Of a stretch of DNA of 64,000 nucleotides, positions 11,115 through 22,569 are shown in pieces. Position numbers and translations under genes: made by a program. Source of the DNA: Octopus sinensis. Lineage: Eukaryota. The notes below the pieces were generated by a model. It was not told the DNA's origin, searched no databases, and was given only the letters and a program-made list of their open reading frames with translations. Positions within the stretch are counted from its first letter, which is position 1, and the number at the start of each line of letters is the position of its first letter. The DNA lies in NCBI RefSeq assembly GCF_006345805.1, contig NC_042997.1, positions 137,330,001-137,394,000 of the forward strand, written 5' to 3'.

Positions 11115-11235
11115 TATCCAAATAATAATAAGAAAACAAAGAAAATTCTTTAACACATCTTTAATGATTCATTACAATTATTTCTGTACCAACTCTACTT
11201 ACAACATCAGTTTAAGCAAAAATTTGAAGTGAATG

Positions 11236-11421
11236 GAAGTAGCTTGCTTACAAACCACATGGTTCTGGCTTCAGTCCAATTGCGTGGCACCTTGGGCAAA
11301 TGTCTTCTACTATAGCCTTGGGCCGACCAAAGCCATGTGAGTGGATTTGGTTGACGGAAACTGAAAGAAGCCCGTCATATATATGTGTATGTATATATAT
11401 ATATATATATATAATATATAT

Positions 11422-11485
<64 letters not shown>

Positions 11486-11716
11486 CTATTTATATACACG
11501 CATATGTTTGTGTGTCTGTGTTTGTCCCCCCAACATCGCTTGACAGCCAATGCTGGTGTGTTTACATCCCCATAACTTACTGGTTCAGCAAAAGAGACTG
11601 ATAAAATGAGTACTAGGCTTACAAAGAATAAGTCCTGGGGTCGATTTGCTCAACGAAAGGTGGTGCTCCAACATGGCCACAGTCGAATGACTGAAACAAG
11701 TAAAAGAGTAAAAGAA
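11236..11716 (+). mobile_element. SINE family A with expanded internal (TA)n
   Basis: Head, (TA)n of ~110 bp, 3' half and a gtaaaaga tail. Confidence 0.85.
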
Positions 11717-11835
11717 TAATGTTTTCAGTTTTAGACATAGAGAGGTACTTCATCAGGCTTGTATATATACACAAGGAAGCGCATAAATGCAAAACAAGGT
11801 AAAAAAAATAGTACTCAAATACCAAAGGTAGAGTA

Positions 11836-11942
11836 ATATACTTTTATTAAAGCTGCAAAATCTTCACAAATTGTTAACTGCCCAATGAACGGGAATGTGA
11901 AACTGACTAACAGTTTGGGAAGATTTTGCAGCTTTAATAAAA

Positions 11943-11948
<6 letters not shown>
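11836..11948 (+). repeat. Foldback: perfect 30-bp inverted repeat enclosing a decayed hammerhead-like motif
   Basis: 11836-11865 is the exact reverse complement of 11919-11948. The loop reads ctgc-CCAATGA-acg ggaa tgt-GAAA-ctgac-TA-acag. Confidence 0.75.
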
Positions 11949-11995
<47 letters not shown>

Positions 11996-12717
11996 GAGAG
12001 AGACACAGACAGACAGAGACAGAATTGAGTTTAGTAATGTTAATGTTTAACAATGTTAAATACTAGACTACTAGGTTTATTATGATAAGATATGAAAACT
12101 TGATGTCAAAGATCGATCAAAGATCTCAAAACCCTCTTATCATTTACAGAAATAAGAAAAAACACTTTTTCTTTTCTGTTTAATCATAGTTTGCCAAAAA
12201 TGGGTGGAGGATGATAATACTTTGTAGATTTTTATTTGTTGATTTTAGAATGCGGGGTACTTTATGTGGTCACTTGACTTGTGAGAAATAGCAGTAAAAT
12301 CTTTCTCAAATCACACTCTACAATCTTTACAAAAATAATGGTATATTGGTGTTTGAGATAATAGGTGTCTCAAAGACCAAGATGGTCACAATAGAATATC
12401 TTTATTGAAAGGTTCTATAAAGGACTGTCCTGGAACTAGACAACAACAACAACAACAATGAATTCAGAAAGTAAGTGATGCAATACAAATTTAAAGAGTT
12501 CAAAAAGTGGCCATAAGGACAAGAGTCGAAAACCTTCACAAGTCTTTATTACTCCCACTCTCACTTCACAACTACTTGGTTAAATTGTAAGAAAATGATC
12601 CACTGGGGAAAAAAACATTTTGTTTTGAGAGAGAGGGCAAATATATGCCCATTATGTCATTAGGCCTAGCTAGATCATAGAAATAATAAAGTACAGTTTA
12701 TGTCCAGTTTGAACAAA

Positions 12718-12938
12718 CCTTTTAAAACTTAAGCCGGCCATATCTGGCCCAAAATGTTCTACTTGTTTCATGTTCAAACTGGCCAGATCTGGCCTCTCAC
12801 ACCTACTTGACAATATTATTCAAATTATAAACAATAACATCATTGAAATCTCGAAGCTACAAGATAATGGATGAATAATTCAAAAGAATGTGAATGAATA
12901 AGCATTACATTTGACAGAGTAATCTGAATGCCAAAGGG
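12718..12938. mobile_element. piggyBac-like MITE (family P1)
   Basis: Ends in ...aaagggTTAA. Homologous to 42854-43072 and, in inverted orientation, to 33376-33597. Confidence 0.65.
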
Positions 12939-13602
12939 TTAAAGTTAATAGAGAGTAAAACATAGATAGAAAGAAAGAAGGTTCCAGTTGTTGGCATCCA
13001 TTGGTTAGAAGGATTTCTCAGATTTAGGACTGGATTTGAGCAGTGTGTCAGGGAGGTCAGAACCACACGAACTTGAATCATCAATGTTTTGGATTGAGCA
13101 TTCCTTACTACTGTTGTACTGGAAGTAAAAAATTTATACAAAAAATATGCTAACCCAAACAATGAACTATTCAAAGCATATGCTATTATAAAAGCAAGAA
13201 TATATCCTTGCCAGGATAAAGCCTTCACTTGTTTTGTAAATTGCAGTGTTGTTTATAAACTTTTGTGTACTATAACTTGTTTTTCATTACTAAGAACCCC
13301 ACTCACCCTCATTTCAGCAAGATATATCAACGTGGGATGTTGTAGGAGGGAGAAGAGGAGAGAATGAGTTTAATTTGATTTAGTTTACAGATAGTAAATT
13401 TATAGGCTAAGAGGTTATTATAGTATCAGGGAGAGAGATGGATACTTGCTCTATTGTTCTAGTTATATGTAAATCTACAAATTATAAAATCCAGCCATCT
13501 GTGCTGCAATTTTACATATTTACAGGGTGCTTGCTTTATTGAACTACAATACCCTTCCCCATAGTTTTATTTGTTTTCTTCCCATAAATGGGTTTTAATA
13601 CT

Positions 13603-13884
13603 TATCCTTGGGTGCTGGTACCATGGGTACTAGTGCCACATAAAAACCCTGGTGCTGGTGCCACTTAAAAAGCACTGGTGTTGATGCTACGTAAAAAGCA
13701 CTCAGTATAGTCTGTCGAGTGGTTGGCATTAGGAAGGGTATCCAACTATAGAAACCAAGCCAAAACAAACTACAGAACATTGTGTGGCCCCTGGCCTTGC
13801 CAGTTCCAGTTGACCCATCCAGCCCATACCAGCATGAAGAATGGACATTAAATGTGGTTGTTGTTGATGATGATGATGATGATC
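13603..13884 (+). mobile_element. Short RTE 3'-end copy
   Basis: Repeated cacgtaaaaagcac-like motifs, ggttggcattaggaaggg and a (GAT)n tail, shared with the 3' end of the RTE at 24165-27230. Confidence 0.7.
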
Positions 13885-14049
13885 CATAATAACATTCAGA
13901 ATTTGTTGTTCTCTATAAAATTTTCTTATTTGAGAATTATTGTTGTTGCTGGTATTCTTGATCTATGTAGTTTGAAACACCCATGACAAGACAGTTTTAC
14001 AGGATATTTTTCTGTTTTTGGTTAGGAGGAAGTGGCTGGGCTCAGTGCC

Positions 14050-14490
14050 TTTGCAGTCCCCTGAGATTGATGAGATCAATGCTATTAATATTCCACTTAC
14101 ACTATTGCAAGTCTAAGACTGCAAGAAAGATGTGAAATGTGGGATTCTAGGAGGCCAATGTTTTGGAAAGAAAGAACTGGGATAGTGGTTAATGCAAACC
14201 TGAAAAACTAGATGTAACATAGGTGATGAGAGAAGGAGATATGAGTACATGTTTGAGTAGAGGTAACATGACACAAGTCAGCTCCAGGAAACAGCAGAAA
14301 AGGCAGGAAGTTAGTATATCTGTGGAACAGCAGTTAGAGTAACTTCATGTCAAAAAACAGAGTAACCTTTCTCTGGATTTGGTCTATGATGTCTCCGTGT
14401 GTATAGCAGCAGCACTATTCTAGATGTAGAAGTAGTACTCTACTGTGGGTTCACCTTGGCTTTGTAGAGGATTAGTAGTTGGTGGAGGCT
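14050..14490 (-). mobile_element. Degenerate CR1/Jockey-group LINE 3' fragment
   Basis: Minus translation LLILYKAK..PTVEYYFYI*NSAAA..DQIQRKVT resembles LYKAQxRPxxEYxSHIW...DxIQRRA. Confidence 0.5.
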
Positions 14491-15892
14491 GAAAAATATT
14501 ATGTTAATTTTTTAAAAATGTCCCTAACTGCAAAAAAGAAGAGTTTGAATTTTTCCAGGTGAAGTTTAGAAGTGTCATCTAAAGAAGTTGTTTAATAAGC
14601 CTATGATCAAAAGTAATTCTAGTTATGACCATCTTGTCTTTTATTCATGCAGTATATCTCACAATACGTTATCTAATGTGTCCTGCTATTTTAAGAAGGC
14701 AGGGTGTGATTTGAGGTAGATTTGGTTGTTATTTCTAAAAGTTCATTTTAACATATAAAATAAGTTTTTTCTTTCCCTTCTATGTATAAGTGCTCATACA
14801 TATTTATTTTGTGCGTAATCTTTCATTTTGTGAATACACTTGCTAACTTGAGCAGGATAGTTTTCTTTTGATAATTTAGTTATTTGCATGTTGTTGAAGT
14901 CATTGCTTTCATTGCTGGTTGTGTTTCCTACTGCAAACTAAACAGAAGAAATTTGCTTGTCACCCAGATAGTTGACTGAGGCTAATCTTCTGCAAGAATT
15001 TTGCTGAGATCTAAAACAAGAATGAAGAAATCATGTTTAGCCTTTAGCACACTGTATTCTCTCTAGAAATGTTTCCCCTAGGGTAGAAAACTCATATGGT
15101 GACATAATGCACTTACAATGTAATAAAGGTTAAGTGTCAGTTGTAGAAATTGTGAGCATTAGAAGAAAAAATATTTAACTGGGTTATTTCCATAGTTTTT
15201 TTTGTTTTTCTTTTTCCTTTTATAATTTTCCATTGCTCTTGTAGTTTGAGGATTTAAGACACATGACAGGGAATCCTCTAACATATATCATACTATTGAC
15301 ATTTGGTCAGCTTCTGTTTCTCATCAACCCTCTATTAAGTAACTTGAGTTGGATTAGAACTCAATATGTTTTCGTTCTTCCAACAGTTTTATCAATATCT
15401 TGCTAGCATTCAAAATATACTGAATTTGTGCCACTTCCTGAAACTTAGAAAGTATTTCGTCTTTGAGCTCTCTGCCTTTTATTTTCATTCTCACATAGAA
15501 TACAATCAACAATATTCACTTGTGTAACACAGTCTTGTCTATTTGTTGATTTTATTACCTCTTACCCAAAGCAATTTTTGAAATATACTTCAATCTTCAA
15601 TCAAGTTACATCTCTTCACATTTAATGGTAGACTCATATATCTATTACCTGGTTTAACACCATCAACTGTCTTTAGTAATGTTTACTCCATTGCAGGCAT
15701 TTGAACTAGGTCTCTACTTGAGGACAGCTCACTATTCAAATGTATTGTTTTCTACCATAGTAACTCACAAGTCATATCATTTCTTCCTTTCTTAATCCCA
15801 TGTACAGTGGGAGCCCTGCAATAGGTAATAGTTGCCTACTTCTTCCTATGACTAAATCATAATATCCCTCTCTCTCTTTCTCACTCACTCAC

Positions 15893-15895
<3 letters not shown>

Positions 15896-15954
<59 letters not shown>
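15896..15954. repeat. (GA)n microsatellite
   Basis: Seen directly. Confidence 0.95.
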
Positions 15955-15958
<4 letters not shown>

Positions 15959-16023
15959 TTCTAGCTAACCGGGTCATTTGTTAATTGGGACAGTGGTTTA
16001 TTTAGGACAAATCTTAGAAAGTG

Positions 16024-17274
16024 TTGGGTCATCCCATAAATAATGGGGCTATTTTAATTGCATGGACTGAAAGTTTGAGGAGGATGGGATAAACTACCTG
16101 CATCAATTTGCTATAAAAGCAGGTAGTAATTTTACCTTGACTTATTCTTAATGCAAGTTTTGAAGAGTGCAGTTATTTTTTAAAAGTTATAATGGAAGTG
16201 ATAAAGGAGCATATTCGGTATATTTTGCTTTATGAGTTCAATAAAGGCAATAACTCAACAGAAAGTGCAAGGAATTAATGCAATATATGAGGATTGGACA
16301 ATAAGCATAAACCAGTGCAATGGTAGATCCAGAAATTCCAAGCCGGAAACTACAGCCTAGTAGACCAGCTTCATCCTAGGAGATCTGTAGACTTGGCGAG
16401 GACATCTTGCAAATCCTGGTGGAACAAAATCCCATCGTAAATGTTGATGAACTATCAAAAAAGCTTGAATTTGGTCATTCAACTATTCAGCGACACCTGT
16501 GTGCCATTGGAAAAGTCAGTAAATTGGGTCAATGGGTTCCTCACAAACTTTCTGAGTCTAATCACATGCAGAGAGTGAATGTGTGCTCTTCTTTGCTGAC
16601 CATCTCAGGAATGAACCGTTTTTAGACTGAATAGTGACTGGTGACTAGAAATGGATTCTCTATAAAAAATATAACGTACCAAAGACAGTGGGTAGGGAAA
16701 AGAGAAACACTGGCACCCCAGACTAAAGAAGGTCTTCACCCACATAAGGTGTTGATACCTATTTGGTTGGATACGAAAGGTTTAGTCCACTTTGAACTTT
16801 TAAACCCAACCCAAACAATAACAAAGCTTATCTACTGCAAACGGCTTCAGCAGCTTAAGTCAACACAAAAAGAAAAATGATCATCTTTGGTTTCAAGACA
16901 AAAGATGTTCTTCCATCAGGATAATGCTTGGCCACATACAGCGAAGATGACATTTCAAAGGCTGGAGCAGTTTGAATGAGAAACAATGCCCTACCCACCA
17001 TATTCGCTGGACATTGCTCCATCTGATTATCATTTATTCCACAGTCTTCAAAATTTTATGGCTGGAAAAAATATGAATTCTGTAGATGAGGTCAGAACAG
17101 TACTGGAGGAGTATTTTTCATCACGGACAAGTGAATTTTGGAAGTCTAACAAATAGATGGAAGAGCATTGTAGAAAATGGAGAGTATATTTTAGATTAAG
17201 AAAGGACTTTGTTTATCTTAATTCTGAAAAATAAAAGAAGTATAAAAAAATTCAATATTTATGGGATGACCCAA
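16024..17274 (+). mobile_element. mariner (DD34D) transposon, full-length, inactive
   Basis: TIRs ttgggtcatcccataaata and tatttatgggatgacccaa, with TA at the right end. Transposase relic at 16192-17199 contains WVPHKL, IVTGD*KW, HQDNAWPH and PYSLDIAPSDY; 34 residues between D2 and D3 (counted). Several stops and frameshifts. Confidence 0.93.
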
Positions 17275-17534
17275 TAGAGACATATTGAGATAGTTGCCTC
17301 AATCTACTTACTTATTCAGGGCATCATACAGGTTAATCAGAATAATTATATTTAAAGTGCATGCTTAGAATATGTAAGATAAAAACTTAAGCAATAACCA
17401 TTTCAACTCCATAATGAACATGTGTGTAAGTGATGTCTTTAGAAAATCTTGCAGCATCTTGGTTACAAACCTTTGAACTGAAAGGGTGAATATGGTAAAA
17501 CAGAAAAGATATTAAGCTAAGTTATATATATATA

Positions 17535-18664
17535 CTAGCAGAGATACCTGGCTACGGGGAAATGAAAGTGTCACCTCTGGAGTTTGCCAATGATCACTAT
17601 GCCGATAGGTAACTGGACAGAATAAATTTACAATCTATAAATCTCTTTGAATAATCAGTCACTTATCTGGGAAGGCTTTGAAATCAATGTTACCATCTGA
17701 GGACTATCTCTGATAATAAAATGACTCAAAGGAGGTCTGCAACCAAATAACTTTACTCAACACTTTGCAACTGAATCAGTGGAAGCAAAAATGCCTCTCC
17801 TTTACTTGACAATTTATGCACCACAAGGCAGAAATCACAATCTAAGTATATCTCAAAGCAAAGTCTGACACTGTTGTACCACTGAATTACAAATAATGCT
17901 AATCTTTTATGCTTGAGTGACCCTACAGCTTTCAAGAGTAGAAATGTATTTGTCTTGGCATAGGAAAAATGACTAAATTGTGGATGTTAAGCCCCCATTA
18001 AGGGGTGTTACTAACTTTTAAGAATTTGAAATTTTAGAAATATTGCTTCATTTGTGAGTAATATCAATGGCTAAAATTTCATCAACAGCAAAAATATATC
18101 AATTTCAATGAGGATTATGGCATCATTTATGCCTCCTCACTTTCAAAGATATGCTGCATTACATCTGTCCTTATGCATAGAATATAATTTCCAAATTTTA
18201 TAAAGATCCATTCAGTACTTTTGAACTAGATTTGGATCATAAAAAATGACTAAAATTTGGGAGTTAAGATCCCCATTAGGGAGTGTTAGAATCCTCATGA
18301 GAAGCAGAAAGTTTGATAATACTTCTTGATGTGTGTCAATTACCTATGGTTGAAATTTTATCAACATAGGAAATTTATGAATTTTCATGGGGAGTTCTGC
18401 CTCCTTTAACACACCTCAAATTTAAACCAAACATACTGCATTATACCCGCCGTTATGTATTTAATTGAAGTTCCAAATATCATAAGGATCCATTCAGTAA
18501 ATATCATAAGGATCCATTTATGAAATTCTATGAAACACACAGCATAACCTTTCTCCCTAGGCTTGGATTTTGTGCTCCAAATTTCATTAGGATTGGTGCA
18601 GTAGTTTTTAAATCTATAAGTAACACACAAACACACATAAAAACATTGACTTTTATATAATAGA
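17535..18664 (-). mobile_element. Non-autonomous Helitron
   Basis: Minus strand 5' TCTATTATATAAAAGTC...tgtgtgtttgtgtg; 3' end has a degenerate hairpin and CTAG; A|T target site. Confidence 0.65.
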
Positions 18665-18740
18665 TATAAATATGCACATATACATACATATATATGTGTG
18701 TGTATGTATATATATATTATATATATATATATATATATAT

Positions 18741-19903
18741 GTGGTACCAGTGCCTGTGGCACACAAGAAATCCATCCGAACGTGGCCGTAGTCAGTACTG
18801 CATCAACTGGCCATCGTGCTGTGGGCACATAACAAACACCATCCGATCGTGGCCGTTCGCCAGCCTCATCTAGCACCTGTGTCGGTGGCACATAAAAACA
18901 CCATCCGAAGACCCGGCAAGACTAGTCAGGCCATATCCCATGGCCCCTACCTGGGACGTAGTCAGTCCACCTGTGCATACCTTCCTCCTTGTGATACTTG
19001 TGAAGGCCTGTTGAGGCAAGTGAAAATCAAAATGAAATCAAAACAAATCAAATCAAATCAAATCAAAACAAATCAAAATAGATGAACATTAATGGAATTG
19101 TATCTTTGTGGTACCAGTGCCGGTGGCACACAAGATAACCATCCGAACGTGGCCGTAGCCAGTACCGCACCGACTGGCCTCTGTGCTGTGGGCACGTAAC
19201 ACCATCCGATCATGGCCGTTCGCCAGCCTCATCTGGCACCCGTGTCGGTGGCACATAAAAACACCATCCGAAGACCCGGCAAGACTAGTCAGGCCATAAC
19301 CTGTGGCCCCTACCTGGGACGTAGTCAGTCCACCTGTGCATACCTTCCTTCTTGTGACACTTGTGAAGACCTGTTGAGGCAAGTGAAAATCAAAACAAAT
19401 CAAAATAGATGAACATCAATGGAATTTGTATCTTTGTGGTACCAGTGCCGGTGGCACGTGGCACACAAGAAAACCATACGAACGTGGCCGTAGCCAGTAC
19501 CGCATCGACTGGCCTCCATGCTGTGGGCACGTAACAAACACCATCCGATCATGGCCGTTTGCCAGCCTCATCTGGCACTTGTGTCGGTGGCACATAAAAA
19601 CACCATCCGAGCGTGGCCGTCTGCCAGCCTCGTCTGACACCTGTGTCGGTGGCACATAAAAAACACCATCCGAGCGTGGCCGTTTGCCAGCCTCGTCTGG
19701 CACCTGTGTCGGTGGCACATAAAATCACCCACTACACTCTCGGAGTGGTTGGCGTTAGGAAGGGCATCCAGCTGTAGAAACACTGCCAGATCTGACTGGA
19801 CTGGTGCAGCTTTCGGGCTCCCCAGACCCCAGTTGAACCGTCCAACCCATGCTAGCATGGAAAGCGGACGTTAAATGATGATGATGATGATGATGATGAT
19901 GAT
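18741..19903 (+). repeat. RTE 3'UTR-derived higher-order tandem array ending in (GAT)n
   Basis: Units start at 18741, 19108 and 19436. They are built from ~55-70-bp subunits caccatccga..gtggccgt..gccag..ctggc..ggcacataaaa, followed by the RTE 3' end. Confidence 0.85.
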
Positions 19904-19984
19904 ATACACAGTAAGATAGATTGATAGATACAATTGAGTGGGCAAACAAAAATATGTGACACTGCCTTCAAGAATTTTTTGTCG

Positions 19985-20315
19985 AATGAATCAACTCCAG
20001 TGCTTTTGTTTTTTTTTTTGATAAGCCTGGTACTTATCTATCAGTCTCTTTTTGTGAAACTAGTAAGTTATGGGGATGTAAATAAACGAACAGCAGTTGT
20101 CAAACAGTGATGAGGGAGAAACACAGACACAAAGATACACACATACCCTTACATATATACATATTATGTATATGATTGATTTCTTTCAGTTTCTGTCTAC
20201 AAAATTCACTCACAAGGCTTCGGTTGTTCTGAGGCTATAGCAGAAGACACATGCTAATTACCACACAGTGGGACTGAATGCAGGTTTATGTGCTTTGGAA
20301 CCAAGTTTCTTACCT
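19985..20315 (-). mobile_element. Older SINE family A copy
   Basis: Reverse complement matches the family-A head and tail. Confidence 0.65.
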
Positions 20316-20385
20316 CACATCCACACCTGAACCTCTGTGTGTGTATGTGTGTATAAATGTATGTATATGTATGTATATATGTGTG

Positions 20386-20418
<33 letters not shown>

Positions 20419-20949
20419 TCTCTCTTATTCTCTTTCTCGCTTCTCTCTTACTCTTTCACCCTCTCTTTCTCTCTTCTCTGTTACTCTCTTTCTCTCTTCT
20501 CTCCTCCTCTCTCACATACCCACCTTCCCCCCATAAGCCCATGCACCCCTACACATTCCTACTCCACCTTCATTTCCTCCCATCCCCCATCCTATCCCAC
20601 ACACCCTCTCCCACTTACCCCACCTCTACCCCCACCCTCTGCCTACCCACAAACCCCAACTCTACCCCAACCCTCAGCCGAACCTACACCCCACCTGTGT
20701 TTTCCCCACTCTCGCCTCCCCCACCTCCCAACAACATCACACCACACCACACTACACCATACATTACACATCACATCACAACACACCACCCACACACCCA
20801 TCCCCACATTTTCACACCTACACATACATACATGCACACATCCAGACCACCAGCCTTCTTTCACACGCACCTTATACACGCAAGCACCTTCCTGTTGGGG
20901 GGGTCATCTTTAATTTGTTATCTCCCCTACTTTCCCTCTCGTGTGTGAC

Positions 20950-21155
20950 CCTTCTGTCCGAGTCAGACGCCATGATAGATCGTTAACCATTACACACATT
21001 TTTTTCTCTCCTTGTTTTTTCTGTGTCCCTTTCTGTAGAAGAGCGTAGGCTCGAAACGTAAAAGACTTTTTCTATTCCTCGGCATTATACTAATACATCT
21101 ATTTGTTTTGTACACCACCTTTCTTCGTCTTTTGTTTTTTTCGTAAACTCTCCCT
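20950..21155 (+). mobile_element. Penelope-like element terminal (pLTR-type) fragment carrying a hammerhead-like motif
   Basis: Hammerhead-like fold at 21029-21064. The tail actaatacatct...tcttcgtcttttgtttt recurs at 63226-63296. The PLE assignment is inferred from the motif type. Confidence 0.55.
21029..21064 (+). ncRNA. Candidate minimal type-I hammerhead ribozyme (variant core)
   Basis: CUUU-CUGUAGA-A-GAGC(guag)GCUC-GAAA-CG-UA-AAAG: 4-bp stem I, 4-bp stem II, palindromic ACGU stem III and a GUA cleavage triplet. The core deviates from CUGANGA at A6. Confidence 0.55.
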
Positions 21156-21166
21156 ATATATATATA

Positions 21167-21696
21167 CTAGCAGTATCGCCCGGCGTTGCTCGGGTTTGTA
21201 AGGGAAATAACTATATAAGCATTTTTAGAGAGTTATAGCAAAAGAATGCATTAAAAATGGAATAAAAAATGATGATAATTTTTTTTTAAATCGTTGACTC
21301 AGGGTCTTCAAGCCATGAAGTCGTTGTTCTAAAAGAACGCTGGTCTCCTTGACAATGCTTTACGACGTTGATTTCCTTACACTCCCTTCCCCACAGCTTC
21401 ATGAGGGAGAGAAGAAGGGGGAGAAGCAACACAGGTGCAGGTGTGACCATGGATGCCAACTCCGCCGCCATTGACACACGAAAAAATATGCGTTAAAATG
21501 GAAAAAAATTATGTTAAATTATTTTTAAAATTGTAGACTCATCGTAGACACACGCTAATACCCAGACGGGCTCGATATGAATCACGACTATAAGATACCC
21601 AAATTTGGTTAAACTGCACCGCAAAATGTGGGAGTAGTTAGGAATCTAAGTCGTAGGAGACAGACACTCACACAACTACAGTTTTATATATATAGA
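21167..21696 (-). mobile_element. Non-autonomous Helitron
   Basis: Minus 5' TCTATATATATAAAAC; 3' hairpin CCCGAGCAACGCCGGG, then CTAG|T. Confidence 0.8.
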
Positions 21697-21712
21697 TATA
21701 TATATATATATA

Positions 21713-22444
21713 CTAGCAGCTAAGCCTGGTTTCACCTGGTCGGTTTGGATGACTTAGCTGTAAAACCTGCTCAGTGTAAGCATTCAACTTGTTTGGGCAC
21801 ACTTATGTTAAAAAAACAATTTTAGAATAAAAATTACTGACCAACAAATAAAAAAAAAGCAACCAAGATTCAACTAAATCAAAAAATAAATCCAAATACT
21901 AAGTGAACAAAGAAGAACCATCCCACTTCCATTGCATGTACATGTACAACACACACAAACACACACACACACACACACATTCACATACCCCCCCCCTTTT
22001 ACATACACACACACATATATTCACACAGTTGAAACAGTGTTTGATTTATTTTTTCAGCATACAATTTTCATCATCCCACTACCAGGTATGACATTACCCC
22101 TTTCTTCCTTATTCATCTATCACCCCTTCCTTTCTCATTCATAAACACAGGAGTATTATTATAGTAGATTATCTTGGTAACCATGGGAGCTATGAAAAAA
22201 TATGACATCACTCCTTCTTTCCTTATTCATCTATATCACCCCTTCCTTTCTCATTCATAAACACAGGAGTATTATTATAGTAGATTATCTCGGTAACCAT
22301 GGGAGCCATGAAAAAATACAAAGCCCAGCATCACCACCAGATCATTCTACACATCTGTATAATTTTTCGCACAATTCCACCAAGTCATTTGACCATAAAT
22401 CCCAAGAAAGAAAGAATTGCCCATGTCAAATTTATATGTATAGA
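21713..22444 (-). mobile_element. Non-autonomous Helitron with an internal ~115-bp tandem duplication
   Basis: CTAG at 21713-21716 with a degenerate hairpin; TC end at ~22444; duplicated units at 22087-22200 and 22201-22318. Confidence 0.6.
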
Positions 22445-22569
22445 TGAATAAATATATGTGTGCATGTATATATGTGTATATATATGTGTACATATTACAT
22501 ATATATATATATACATATATGTACACATATATACATGCATACATATATTCATACATATATATACATATA

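Noticed and set aside
12905-13228. Hydrophobic ORF with WQGY, reminiscent of ABCC transporters, and an open plus frame (LEVKNLYKKY)
   Set aside because: No convincing splice sites or extended similarity. Part of it looks more like an old CR1-type LINE relic and it runs into a MITE.
18406-19949. Repetitive ORFs and a CRISPR-like look of the array
   Set aside because: The sequence between the motifs is itself repeated, so there are no unique spacers. There are no cas genes, and the array derives from an RTE 3'UTR.
20278-20948. Pro/His/Thr-rich ORFs of 203-211 aa
   Set aside because: Low-complexity C/A-rich DNA lacking stop codons in several frames.
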